From Dicyema japonicum (lineage: Eukaryota; Animalia; Dicyemida), in the NCBI GenBank assembly GCA_011109175.1, contig RDEW01000029.1, positions 530,158 through 594,157 of the forward strand: DNA of 64,000 bases, written 5' to 3'. This document shows, one piece after another, positions 12,190-23,863 of this stretch (positions are counted from its first letter, which is position 1; each line of letters starts with the position of its first letter). A program made the translations under genes and the position numbers. A model generated the notes under the pieces. It did no database searches, was not told the origin of the DNA, and worked only from the letters and a program-made list of their open reading frames with translations.

Positions 12190-13690
12190 TGTTATTGTTT
12201 CCAAATGAGAATAGGTACATTTTACTCCGTTCTCTTAGAAGAAGAGTGTGCCATAACCTCCCTGTTATTCCGCATCTCCAAATCAGATTCAGTCAAAATA
12301 TCTCCGTTAGAGTCCAGTGGGCTGTCCCTACGGCATGCCAGTTCCACAAGTTGGGAGGTAGCAGAGGCGTACTCTTCATCGTATACCTTCATCCCATGCT
12401 TATGTTCAATGAGCATACTTTCGAGCGTTCTCTTCAGCACAACCGATTGGATGTAAGTCCTCGTTGATTCTTCAATAGATAATTTATCCATATGATTCTT
12501 GAAGCATCTTGAGACAACTCCATCCCATGTCAAAACCACTGGAATAATCTTCACTTGGCATTCATAGAGCAGCGAAAGTTCATTTGCTAGCAAGTCATAT
12601 TTGTGAAGTTTCAACTTCAACTTGCTTTAGTCGGTCTTGTGAGGTAATCCCCACTTCAATTAAAGTTACTTCCTTCTTTGTTTTGTCATACACAAAAATA
12701 TTAGGTTTATTGTATTGGACTTTTGTTTCTGTCAAAATCGACGTGTCAACTCTAATTTCAACATTTTGATTGTCAATATTGACTGAACCGAATGTCCTTT
12801 CAATTTCCTGCTTCTTTTGATTCCATAAATTCGACAAAGATGAAGATGGATGCACTTTACCACTTCATTATGTCTTCGGAGATAATCACTATTTAGCATT
12901 TTACCACACTGAGTGGCCATGATCAACAGTTTTCTTGCTTTTTTTACAATGGTTGCATAATGACCCTGTGTGTGCAAAAAAACAAATTCCTATCTTGCAA
13001 AAGACAGTACAATGCTTCGCTCCGTGGGCCGTTATTTCTTTGGATAACCATTCTGAGGAAGTATATAGGTCGACATTTGTTTCATCAATACATTTGAACA
13101 TAATTGAGTGTAGTGTTCTGCAATATATTTTATTTAATAAATATTTTTTCTGAGTGTCCTTGAGGACTTAATATCCATGCTTTCCCTGTCGTCAATTGCA
13201 TATTTAGAGCTAGAAATCCTGCGATTGTAGCCAAGTGCCATTTTTTTGTTTTTATTACTCGCAGAATCCCCGACCTTCGCAAACACACAGTCGACTGTTT
13301 TTCCAAACTTTTAAAAAACTGGAAAAGTATTAATTCGCTCTTTAATGAAATCGAGGAAAGTCCTCTTCCAAAAGTCTTCCTGTCCAAATACAGCCTCTCT
13401 TTATTTGCAGGTTTGAGGTGCAACTTGAGTGACGTAAGCAGTTGCCGTATTTGTTGGTCAATATCATCAAATTCGTAAGGTTCAATATTAATTAATCTCA
13501 TATAATAGTTATATAGGGTCATTGCGTATTTATTTATTGCGCGAAATAAGTTTACAGAATTTAACTTTGTTTTTGAAAGCATGGTTATTCTCTTCTTAAC
13601 ATTTTCAAGTATGGACTCCATAACTTTGCTTTTAAGAACATTACTTCCCTCATCTTCAAAAACACCCAAATATCGATATCCACTGACTAA
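12190..13690 (-). mobile_element. R4/Dong-like non-LTR retrotransposon, 3' half (RT end, CCHC region, restriction-like endonuclease), frameshifted
   Basis: TKLNSVNLFRAIN, KERLYL..GRGL, RRHNEVVKCIHL, YNKPNIFVYDK..TLIEVGIT..KYDLLANEL..IIPVVLTWDG. Confidence 0.85.
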
Positions 13691-13956
13691 TTAAATTTAA
13701 TATTAATTGCAAGACTTTATATAAATTAAAAAAAATTAAGTGCCCCACTAAGAGGTTTAGGTAATGTAATAAAATATTAAAATAAATTAGTAAGGTGCCC
13801 CACACTGGGGTTTTGATAATTTCTAAATTTGGAAATTATTGATGGAAAATGTACCAAAAAATAAAATCGCCCCAAAAAGCGAGGGTGCCCCAAGGCGGGG
13901 GTTTTATTGGGGCGGGGCTCGACTGTACCTGGCCGGCATTCAAAAGGATCCATCTA

Positions 13957-16599
13957 CAGTTTAACCCTGCCCCAATAGAAAAAGCCCCAAATACAGAGGG
14001 TACCACGAACAAAGAGTAAAATTATTTATCTTTTTTCAATACTATTTTTTATTTTTTTAAATTAAATAGCATGTTAAAAATAGAAAAGCAATTTAATTTA
14101 CTAATTAAAGTAGTAATCGCTAATTTTCCCCCTATATTGTATTTTTTCCGTAATTTCTTGTAATTAATTGCTGAAGATATCACTAGTCATTTATGCATTT
14201 TTGGATGTATATAACCTATATGTATAATTTAAAATTAGTACTCCATAATCCTCAGTGATTTAAACTTTCCAATAATCAACGGTTTTAACTTCTCATTTAA
14301 TTTTTCCCCGTGGACATCGTTGTTATTTGGTGACAAGTTCTGGAATGCGAAACGAGTCAGGATCGAAGAGTTAGTTAGTTTCGTGTCCATTCAAAACGAC
14401 CTCTATTCAAAATGGCCTCCAATTAATTTTTTCAGGTTTTGGGTAAGTTCATCAATAAACATCACGAGATTTGAGCGAAACGAAATTTTTAGGTAAAAAA
14501 GTCATCTTTTTTAAATCTTATAAAAATTGATTTTAAGGGGTCCTATGGGTAAGCAGCACATTTTACCAAGGTCCTTGACATCTTTAGGTAAAAAGTCATC
14601 TATTTTAAATCTTATAAAAATTGATTTTAAGGGGTCCTATGGGTAAGCGGAACATTTTACCAAAGTCCTCCAAACCCTATGATTTTAAGATACTAATTGA
14701 CTTCGGAATAAATAAAACTTTTGAATAATTTAATTAATTAATTGATTCACTATTGCATGCCGTTTCTCGTTAATTAAATGGGAAATAGAAGTTTAGAACA
14801 TGATGGAAATCTGTATCATTTAAAATACAGAAAGGGACAAAACACATATTCGAGGTGCTCAGATCGTACTTGTCCTGGATCTGTAAAAACCATTCAATAC
14901 TGTGATGTAGTTTGAAGTCTGAAGCAACATAATCATCTTCCAAGGAGTGAATTTGTCAAGAGAGCCTTAATACGGGAGGACATAAAGCAGAAATCACTCT
15001 TATGTGATATGAGTCATAGACAGATATTAATAATTCTCTACTTGGACAAAATTTGACTACTATTGCTTTGATAGGGACTCATTCTTCTCTGGAACAACTG
15101 ATTAATAGAACAAGATAAAATATCTCACACGAAAGTGATGATTCAGTTCTTAATATTGAGGAAAATTTAATGTATACCTTCGAAGGCATAGATTCTATCA
15201 GTTTGGACACAGTTTTCGCCAAAATATTGGTATATTAATGATTAACTTTTCAGATGTTGAGACAAATATGGTTATTTTTTTTAATTCTGAAATGACGACA
15301 CCATTAAAAAATTATAAAATATGGTCTATTGATGGGACTTTTTCTGTCTGCCCTCTTCCTTGGAAGCAGTTTTTCACAATATCGGTAATAATTAATCACC
15401 ATGTAATTCCAATAATATTCTGTCTTTTAACATCAAAAACTGAAAATGAATATGACACAATGCTTCAAATAATTAAACGTCTCATTCCGGATTTAGAACC
15501 AAAAGTTATTGTCTCAGATTTAAAAAAAAGCAATAAACTCTTTTCAAAAATCATTTCCAAACGCATGGATAAATTGCTGCATGTTCCATCTAGGAAAAAA
15601 TATTAATAAAAAAATATTGGAATTAGGAATTTTCAACGACATAAATAATGAAGATATAAATAGGTTAAATGTGATTTAAAATTAACGATAGATTTGTAAA
15701 ACTGTTGAAATGCCTCTCCTTTATTCCTACACATACTGTAAAGAACACTTTTGATTGGATAGTGTCGAGATCAGATTTTCCTGCGATTCTAAATCCATTA
15801 TATCAATATTTTTCGATCAATTATATCGGAAATCAAGAAAATAGATTAATTCCAAGATTTCCAATTAATCATTGGAATAATCTGGATAATTTATATGAGG
15901 ACTTACCTCGGACAAATAACTAAATTGAAGGCTGGCACAACGTTTTTAGAAGTACATTTGGGACACTAAACAAGACGCCAAGAAATTTTGTAAAGAAATT
16001 GATAAAAGAAGAAGGCATAATGATAAAATTCTTAAGATAACAAAATGGAGAAAAGATGCTTAGAAAAACTAAATATATCGCTTTATCTGAGAATATATTG
16101 AGATGTGTTGAAGAACAAATATTACTTAATATGGATCCGAGAGAATATATATTTAATTTAGTAGAATATGTATTCTATTAACATTTATAATCATTTTCCT
16201 TTTTTTTACCTAAAGATGTCGATGACCTTGGTAAAATGTTCCGCTTACCCATAGGACTCATTAAAATCAATTTTTATAAGATTTAAAAAAGATGACTTTT
16301 TTTACCTAAAGATGTCGTTTCGCTAAAATCTCGTGATGTTTATTGATGAACTTACCCAAAACCTGAAAAATTAATTGGAGGCCATTTTGAATGAGGCCAT
16401 TTTGAATGGACACGGTTTCTTGCTATAGCTTCAAAATTTTTTTAATTAATTCATTCTCCTTTCGTTATAAAAGGTATCTTTTTCTTTTATAACGCAAGCA
16501 CCTGATTCACATTATATTGCGACTATGGTATCTCCTATTCGACTACGCGGCAAGAAAGCTATTTCAGAGCCAGGGTTTTATTGGGGCGGGGTTGTACTG
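13957..16599. mobile_element. pogo/Tc1-like TA-flanked element with a MULE nested inside
   Basis: TA|CAGTTTAACCCTGCCCAATAG at 13955 and inverted CAGTACAACCCCGCCCCAATA ending 16599|TA; related CAGT termini at 11853 and 13925. Confidence 0.5.
14382..16414 (+). mobile_element. MULE DNA transposon with ~200-bp TIRs and decayed FLYWCH-MULE transposase
   Basis: TIR CGTGTCCATTCAAAA..TTTTGAATGGACACG; RCSDRTCPGS..HNH; WSIDGTFSVCP..QFFTI..PIIFCLL..PKVIVSD; PRTNN. Confidence 0.9.
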
Positions 16600-17894
16600 T
16601 ATTAATCCACTGGGAGGAAATTTCGCTCCCTGGTGACGAGTTCTCAGACGAGTTCTCAGCTTCTATGACAAAGTCCTCTGGATCACTGTGCTTGGGCGAG
16701 GGTTCTATTAATCGTCAGGATCAAAGAAGTGTTAGTTTAGTTTTACAAATTGTCTTTGGAATAATTTAATAGACCCATTAAAATAGAATCATTGGAAATA
16801 AATTAACACGAGTGTTTTTGAATTAATTGAAGAAAGGAAAAAGCATAAATTCAAAAAGATGATCCTCCAATTCTTTTAATTCTGAGATAGACGTGATTCG
16901 ATCCATGATCTTAAATGCATGCGAAACCTCATTCCTTCAGATCTTTGGGTTTTCGGTGGATCTTAGTCGTTTCTAGTGTCACTAGAGGAAGACACTAGTT
17001 TTCATCCACCATGAAGCTAACTAGATGTAGTTATTAAAGGTAACGTTAACAATATTGTTCATTAAAGCACGTGCTTATGATTCTCCATACAAATAGAATT
17101 TGGTTGATCATATAACAGAGAATTTAAGATACTCTCACTTACTAATTTATTGCATTCTTCTGGGAGTGATGAGTTACGCTGTCATCAGTGATTCATCACC
17201 GCGGAACCGGATTGTTTCAGGACCTCACAATTAACCTCCTCGTCTGCTTAGGCAATCGAAAGATCTAGTTAACGGCCAGCAGTCGTCTGGGACTCTTATC
17301 TAAGAGGCAATAATTATGTTGATAGTTTATGTCAGAATTAAAATGTTTTCTCTGAATTAGGAGGAAAAATTGTTAAAGAATAAGTTGGTGAATTTTGTGG
17401 TAGACATAGCAGAACATGAAACGACTCTTTCTTTTCTTTTTGAAGTTTGGTAAAGGTCATACAGATATGCTAGTAAAAGTTTTCCTCTTCTATTTGCCAA
17501 TTGTTTTTTGAACTAGGACGAGTATGTGATGTTCTCCACATGTTACCAGAGAGAACGTTAAGTCCTTAGAGCAAGACTGGGAAGGGGAGTGTATTTGTTC
17601 ATAATCGTGATTAATTGAGTGTTCATTTTACGTAAGTCGAAAAGTATCGACCATTATAGGACCACATTCATTTCGATGTCTCCAATGAGGATCAGGAGAG
17701 ATTCCATTACGTGAGATAATAAGGTCAAGAGATGAATTTTTTTCAGGTTGGTAAGTTACACAGTTGGTACACCAGAACAAGTAAAGGGCGCTCAAAAACT
17801 CAAGGAGGAAAGCTAATGAAGGGATGAAACTCAAAATGACTAAATTAAACATTTTTAGTACAAAACACATATTAAAAATACAAAATCCAAAAGA

Positions 17895-18130
17895 TTCAAG
17901 GTTCGAATCTCGCTGCTGTCCATTCGCGTTGGAGGTTCCACTCGTATACGATGCTTTTTGGTTTGACAAATGACACCGTAATCATTGATTCGTCACTGCG
18001 GGACCGGATTGTCTTCAGGAATTTACACACATCCCAAAAGAAGTTATTAACACTCATCCTGGTTTGACTGCAATCCGGATTAATTATCATAACTGTCCTT
18101 TATTTCTTAAATAAAGTGAAATTCCTGTAA
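17895..18130 (+). mobile_element. tRNA-derived SINE family A, diverged 5'-truncated copy (further core fragment at ~17165-17235)
   Basis: B-box GGTTCGAATC followed by the core and AATAAAGTG shared with 29380-29700. Confidence 0.75.
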
Positions 18131-18179
18131 AACTGAGGTTCAAGTCATAAAAAACCTAAAGACAAATATGTACGAAGAC

Positions 18180-18456
18180 TCAGTCAACTTTGAATTTATC
18201 AATAGTTTTACTAACAAAATCCAAGTGATCTGAAATTCCATTCAGGGTTAATCTTTGGGCATTAATATCAACTGATTTGATGTTAATTATTAGAAAATTC
18301 TCCTCAACGTGCATTTCCTTAGTGGATGCAGATCTTTTCGGCTCATTTTCTACAACCATGCTGTTATAGGCGATTGTGGCGTCCTTTAGGAATTTGAATG
18401 GGATTTTACGGATCTAATAGGCAATACGCTGAAGGCACATCAGACAATTCAAGCAT
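18180..18456 (-). CDS. LAGE3: KEOPS/EKC subunit Pcc1/LAGE3 (~83 aa), absent from ORF track
   Basis: IPFKFLKDATIAYNSMVVENEPKRSASTKEMHVEENFLIINIKSVDINAQRLTLNGISDHLDFVSKTIDKF matches the Pcc1 pattern; short 5' exon plus micro-intron. Confidence 0.78.
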
Positions 18457-18567
18457 TTTAAAAATTAATTAATTTAATTAATAATAATAATAATTATTTA
18501 TTTTTAATTTAAAATTTAAAAAATAATAAAATTTAAATTATTTCTATATAAAGCAGTATTTTAAATT
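18457..18567. promoter_or_regulatory. Probable bidirectional promoter, 111-bp very AT-rich spacer
   Basis: Lies between the divergent ATGs at 18456 (-) and 18568 (+). Confidence 0.45.
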
Positions 18568-19058
18568 ATGAATGTTCTGTTACTTATATTAAACATTTGC
18601 TTGTGTGATATATTTTCAAGTCCTAACTATCGATTCAACAAATATGAAGGATATACTGGACTTTCAAAGACGAAGCCATATAAAAAACTTAAGTCCTTCT
18701 ACTACTTCAATCTGGATGAAGAGGTCAATAAGATTATCAACCTTATGGTTGTTGTGGTGATGTAATGTAGGACAAAAATAAAATTGACAAGGATGGGAGA
18801 ATCCAAAGATTGGCAGTGGAGTACAAGGAAATGAGACACGTGGCTGCTAACGCTATGTATGAGGAGAAAACGGAAAATGTTGAATATTCAAATCAAAAGT
18901 CTGTCCTGTTAGTTTCAGAGACAAAAGTGATGTGGTCGATTGTCGTTAGTATCCTTTCTACAGGAGCTATCATGATGTGGTTTATTATAAGGAATATCAA
19001 TAACACTCTCAACCAAATTGACTCTGTCCAATTGCTAGAAGCCTCTAAAAGACTGTGA
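18568..19058 (+). CDS. Orphan ~155-aa protein with signal peptide and C-terminal TM helix
   Basis: ORFs 18568-18765 and 18810-19058 join in frame through a 23-nt GT-AG intron at 18748-18770; hydrophobic N-terminus and VMWSIVVSILSTGAIMMWFII. Confidence 0.6.
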
Positions 19059-19109
19059 TGGATCAGTTTATTTTTCTATTGAATAAAAAAGTATTTCTCT
19101 GCCACGTGT

Positions 19110-19800
19110 TCTAGGAATTATGGTCTGCTCAGTAGGTACGCCGTATCTTTGGAATATTATATCGCTCATCATCTCGTAGATGATCTCCGATTTTTGGATT
19201 GATGGAGATCGAATTCAGGTACTTTGTGCCTATAACTCTTCAAGTGTTTCCCTAGTAGTAATTTCGTTCTATGAAAGGATGCGAAGTAGATATTTCTTGG
19301 AAAAATATAGTCTTTTTGGTACAGTTACAAAATGGAGGGACAAACATACAATGGACAAATATATGGAGAATAAAAAGAATATCATTTTTATTAAAGACCA
19401 AGACATTGCGATAGTTATGGGGGTGTACCCCTCTAGCTTCAAGTCTCTTCTAGTGAACTTGTCATCCACTTTGGTTCCCAGGAAAAAACCCTCGATCCGT
19501 TCTACTACCACGCTCCTTACTAAATTGATCAGGGTTTCCTCCTCTTCTACGAGGGACCATCTTGATTACCATGTTCCACGTTTGTCCAAAAGGTTGATTA
19601 TTCTTTCTCTTGGGTGAAAAATTCGTTGATGTAAGAGGCAGAATAATTCTTTCAAAAATAAAGATAAACGTCTCTTTCTTCTAATCGAGTTTTCGTGACG
19701 CAGAAGTCCTTAATAAGCCTCTTTCTTCTTCATTTTGGCACCTTCACCATAATCTCCTCTAGATCTAAAACAGACACTTAAATAACGCAGATAATCAACA
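19110..19800 (-). pseudogene. Decayed gene-like frame with weak Myb-like segment
   Basis: RIINLLDKRGTW*SRWSLVEEEETLINLV.. continues in one frame through scattered stops. Confidence 0.3.
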
Positions 19801-20314
19801 TTGCTGATTTTACTCAGTTTGTATCCTGTTGGAAATATTTCTTTAGTGTGAAATTCTCACGGCTTTCGACTTTTTTATTGAGAGATTTAAACCACGGGAT
19901 TTACCCACAGAATTTCTCCAAAAAATTCACGTAATCTTCCCTCAGACACCACCGGACATTTCGAACCGGATTTCCTTAATATAATTCAAACTTTACTCGC
20001 AATTTACTTATTGTTTAGATACGACCTTTTCCTTTTCAATAATATTCTTTTTATATATACCAACACGTGTGCTCATGATAACCCCAAGACCACTTAGTCT
20101 ATTAGTCGGAAGGTTGAGTTGGTGCACTATGACATTAATGTCTTACCTATCGCTTCCTTCTTAATGGACTGAAGGGCACAAGAGTTTGAGCAGTTCACCT
20201 TCAAATATTGTGTAGTCACCTGTCCATTAACTTCAATAAATGTCACCAGAACATCCATTCTTGATACGGAATTTCATAACCATCCACGTTAGAATGATAG
20301 TGGCCGTTCGATTT

Positions 20315-20600
20315 AATAATAACACCAGATACCACGGTTACAGGAACTAACTAATCACGTTATCCCAGCACGCTCTAGCAGAGGCCTCAACTTGGCCCGA
20401 CTCGACCCAACATAAGGACGTATCGGGCGAATGACTGGATTTTTGTAGTCATGGCGGCACGTTACACGGTTCATGCGTATCATAAATTCTAGAGGCATTG
20501 GAGGCTTGGAACATTCATAAGTCCATCGTTTCGCAATTTTGAGGTGAATGTTTAATGGCTCTCTTTGGGGGGACATTAGGTGTCCTCCGGGTGTTAACAA
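20315..20600 (-). mobile_element. LINE 3' terminal fragment (family A-related)
   Basis: Frame ends AGIT* followed by TTAGTTAGTT and an A/T-rich tail, as at 22134 and 62696. Confidence 0.6.
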
Positions 20601-20609
20601 AACCTACAG

Positions 20610-20693
20610 AATTGGTGAACCACATAACGCAACGTAAAAAATTAAATACCTTAATTGGTGAACCACATAACGCAACGTAAAAAATTAAATACC
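20610..20693. repeat. Perfect 41-bp direct duplication separated by TT
   Basis: AATTGGTGAACCACATAACGCAACGTAAAAAATTAAATACC at 20610-20650 and 20653-20693. Confidence 0.95.
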
Positions 20694-22210
20694 AAGTCTT
20701 GGATGTGATCACCAGATTAAAGAGCTCACGGGCGTGCGGGCCTGACAAAGTATCTTTTATTCACCTAAAACACCTAAGCCACTAGCAATTGGCTACCTCA
20801 CGCATATATACAATCTGTCCATTAACTATAATATTATTCCTAAGATTTGGAAGAATTCTATCATCAGACCGATATTGAAGGCTGGGAAACCAGAGACAGA
20901 ACCTGCATCCTACAGGCCTATTTCCGTTACCAGCACACTGTCAAAAATTATGGAGAAACTTGTATTATCAGTCATTATTCCGTATCTTCCGCGTCCTATA
21001 TTTCAACATGGTTTCCTCCGCGGTAGGTCCACCGCTACATACTTGGCAACTTTATCGCAGTTCATTGCCGACGGTTTTAACACCCATCCTCCGCCTCACA
21101 AACGCACAATCTTGGTTTCTATTGACATCAACAAAGCCTTTGACACTGTTTCGAGGAAAATCTTGGTTGGAAAAATTTTTTCTACTAATATTCGTCCGAA
21201 TGTGAAATTATGGCTGGCCAACTTTTTGTCTGGAAGACGTGGAAGAGTAGTCAGTGGTGATCTCAGATCTAGATCACGATTACTACCGAACGGGGTACCC
21301 CAGGGGTCTCCACTTTCACCAATTCTATTCAACCTTTTCCTACACGACCTACCTAATGATGGAGACGAAGATTCCCTGTTATTATCCTACGCAGACGACG
21401 TAGTCATTGCAATACGGAACCGCTCGACTCAAGTCGCATCCCTTAAAACTCAGACAAAATTGAACATTCTCCACGATTGGATTGCTGGCAATCGATTAAC
21501 GATTTCTGCAACCAAGTCTATCTGTTCCACATTCACGTCGGACCGTTGTTCCAAGGATGAACCGAGTCTTTTCATTGGTCCCACTAGGATTCCAGTGACA
21601 AAGTCCCCCATTGTCCTTGGAGTCAAGTACGACAGCCTTCTCAAATTCAACTCCCACGCAACTGACATGATCACCAGGGGCCTCCAGAAAGTTAACGTTA
21701 TACGCGCCCTTGTTCGGAGGACCACGAGGAACATGGACTTTTCCGTTTCTACACTCTACCAACAAACAATCGCGCCTGCCATTGAGTATGCCTCCGTTGC
21801 ATGGAGATTCGGGCTATCGGAGTCTTTGGTCCAAAGAATCAACTCGATATACCGGAAAACAATCAGTATGCTTTCCCCACGTAATGGATCAACAGTCGAC
21901 CCACTACTCATGGAAGCTAAGATCCGTAGTCGTGGCTCCGGATTTCTTCGCCTCTGTGAGGAAGATGGAAATCTGCTTCGCCTAATCCTTCCCATGGCAA
22001 GAGAAAACCGATTGGATAAGAAATTCCCCTCCCCGATCGGATTCCTCTGCAAGACCGAGAGAAGGCTCTTCCGGAAAGTAGTGAGGACGATGGAGGATCA
22101 CAGACGTCGAATGGCACAAGTGATTACGAGGACTGGGATCACCTAACTGTCTGACTCTTTTGTCTTTCTTTCTCGGTGTTCCCGGGGTTATTAAAATAAA
22201 TAAATAAATT
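20694..22210 (+). mobile_element. LINE family A, 5'-truncated, with open RT ORF 20875-22146
   Basis: SYRPISVTS, QHGF, SIDINKAFDTV, GVPQGSPLSPILFN, SYADD, VLGVKYD; ends TGIT*, hairpin, A-rich tail. Confidence 0.93.
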
Positions 22211-22291
22211 AATTAATTCTGACGCGTATTGATGATCCAACGACCGATAAAATTTGTTTTAAATAATAAATTAATAATAATAATAATAAAA

Positions 22292-22639
22292 ATGAATTTT
22301 ATATTAACATTTCAGTCGAGCATGTGGTCCGTTTTATATAGAAGAATGAACGACGCCGCATTCATTGGAAGGATGAAAAAATACTGTCTAATTAATGAAT
22401 CAGACGAGTATTATATTCGTGTAATTAATAAATACAAGCAGTTATGTGATCCTCTTACCCACGTGGATACCAAAGATGTGGAATGTTTGTATTTCCCTAA
22501 TGAGGCTGACCAGTAATGCTGGGATTATTTCAGGAAAATGAAATTTCATTCTGATGAGGGGAACATGAATACAGGAAAAGCCGAGATTTTTAAAAACTCT
22601 ACAAATAGATTTGATGACTATTTCTTAGTTAAAAAGTAA
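22292..22639 (+). CDS. Small orphan protein (~100-110 aa)
   Basis: 21-nt GT-AG intron 22513-22533 removes the in-frame TAA and extends the frame to 22639; start uncertain. Confidence 0.45.
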
Positions 22640-22699
22640 TTATATGTGCAAAACCTTTTTTCCAGCAGTCCCTTCCTTTGTGTGTACTAATCGATAATT

Positions 22700-23230
22700 C
22701 CCGACTATCCTAGCCAACTTTTTTTGAGAACTTGCAATTTCATAAGAGTTTATTTACCTTTGGTCCCTTCAAGTGAAGGAAATTGGTGGTTGACAATAAG
22801 AAACTACCAAAAGTTGACGCTTTCAGAGATCTGTCTAATATATCTGATGTGATGGGAGAAATCAAGAGCGGTCCATGACAAGGGGAGTTATTGACCTGCA
22901 ACTTCCTTGCTACAACATCAGTAAAATGAGACGCCAGCTCCACAAGAAGACAGAATTTTGGTGGACGTGAAGATTCCTCTTAAGCGACTTGCTTGGGGGA
23001 CCCTCAGATTTGAATGAGGCCATGATATTTCATAAGAACTTTTGTTGTCTTATTGATTCTCATTTTCATGTCACAAGACTCTAGATTTATCGGGAAGCTA
23101 AATGTTCCGGAATTTAAGAATTCTCTAAAATTAGCATATTCAATGAGATTGTTCCACTGCAATAGAAGTAGCGGGACATTTAGAAAATTGTAATATATCG
23201 CTAATAAATAATAACAAAGTTGAAATTTTT
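22700..23230 (-). pseudogene. Decayed gene-like frame, 5' end abutting a pogo remnant
   Basis: ~170 codons in one frame with two stops; ends at donor/acceptor-like gtaaataaactcttatgaaattgcaag. Confidence 0.3.
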
Positions 23231-23259
23231 ATAAGAATTTATCAAAGTTTTATATAATT

Positions 23260-23640
23260 AAAGTCCGACCCCGTTTCGGGGTATTTTTCTTTTGGAGTCT
23301 ATTTTCCATCATTAATTTCCAAATTTGGAAATTTTCTGGATCCCCAAACCGGGGGAAAGACATAAATTTTTGATCACAAAGTATTTGAAATATTCCAGAA
23401 ACTCAGAGAACAAGATTTTCCAATATCAGGGCTATTCATTAAAAAATAGGCTTTATTGTTGCATTAAAAATTGGATTTAATTCTTTCAAAGGATCTAATG
23501 GTTTGCTAGATCGATTTAAGGTCAGACATGAACTAAATTTTAAAACAATATGCGGCGAAAAAGATTCCTGCAATTTATCCCACATAAATGCCTATTTTAA
23601 TAAATTTGAATGTTATCCCAAATTAGTGCTGAAATCCAAC
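23260..23640 (+). mobile_element. pogo/Tigger transposase remnant (CENP-B HTH)
   Basis: GSNGLLDRFKVRHELNFKTICGEK. Confidence 0.75.
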
Positions 23641-23863
23641 TTTACGCCAGTTCACTAAAGCAGCCAATATTAATCACATCCAGCCCTATAAACTATGCTC
23701 TATTATGACGCATACAGAAAAGGGAACAGCCTAATAGTCACAATAAACCCTCTTAATTGATAGAATCAGGTAAACCAGTCTTTTATATCAGTCAACACAA
23801 ATCCAATACAAGAGTAGTTTTACCAAAAATAAGAAAATATAGAATAATATGTCAAAAGATAAA

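Noticed and set aside
14370-16425. 9-bp TSD for the first MULE
   Set aside because: Only a 4-5-bp GTTT(C) match flanks it, which is not convincing
20875-22146. Retron, DGR, group II intron or Penelope-like RT
   Set aside because: Motifs, 3' tails and relatives carrying APE/gag are typical of non-LTR LINEs; no template/variable repeat, GIY-YIG domain or hammerhead is found
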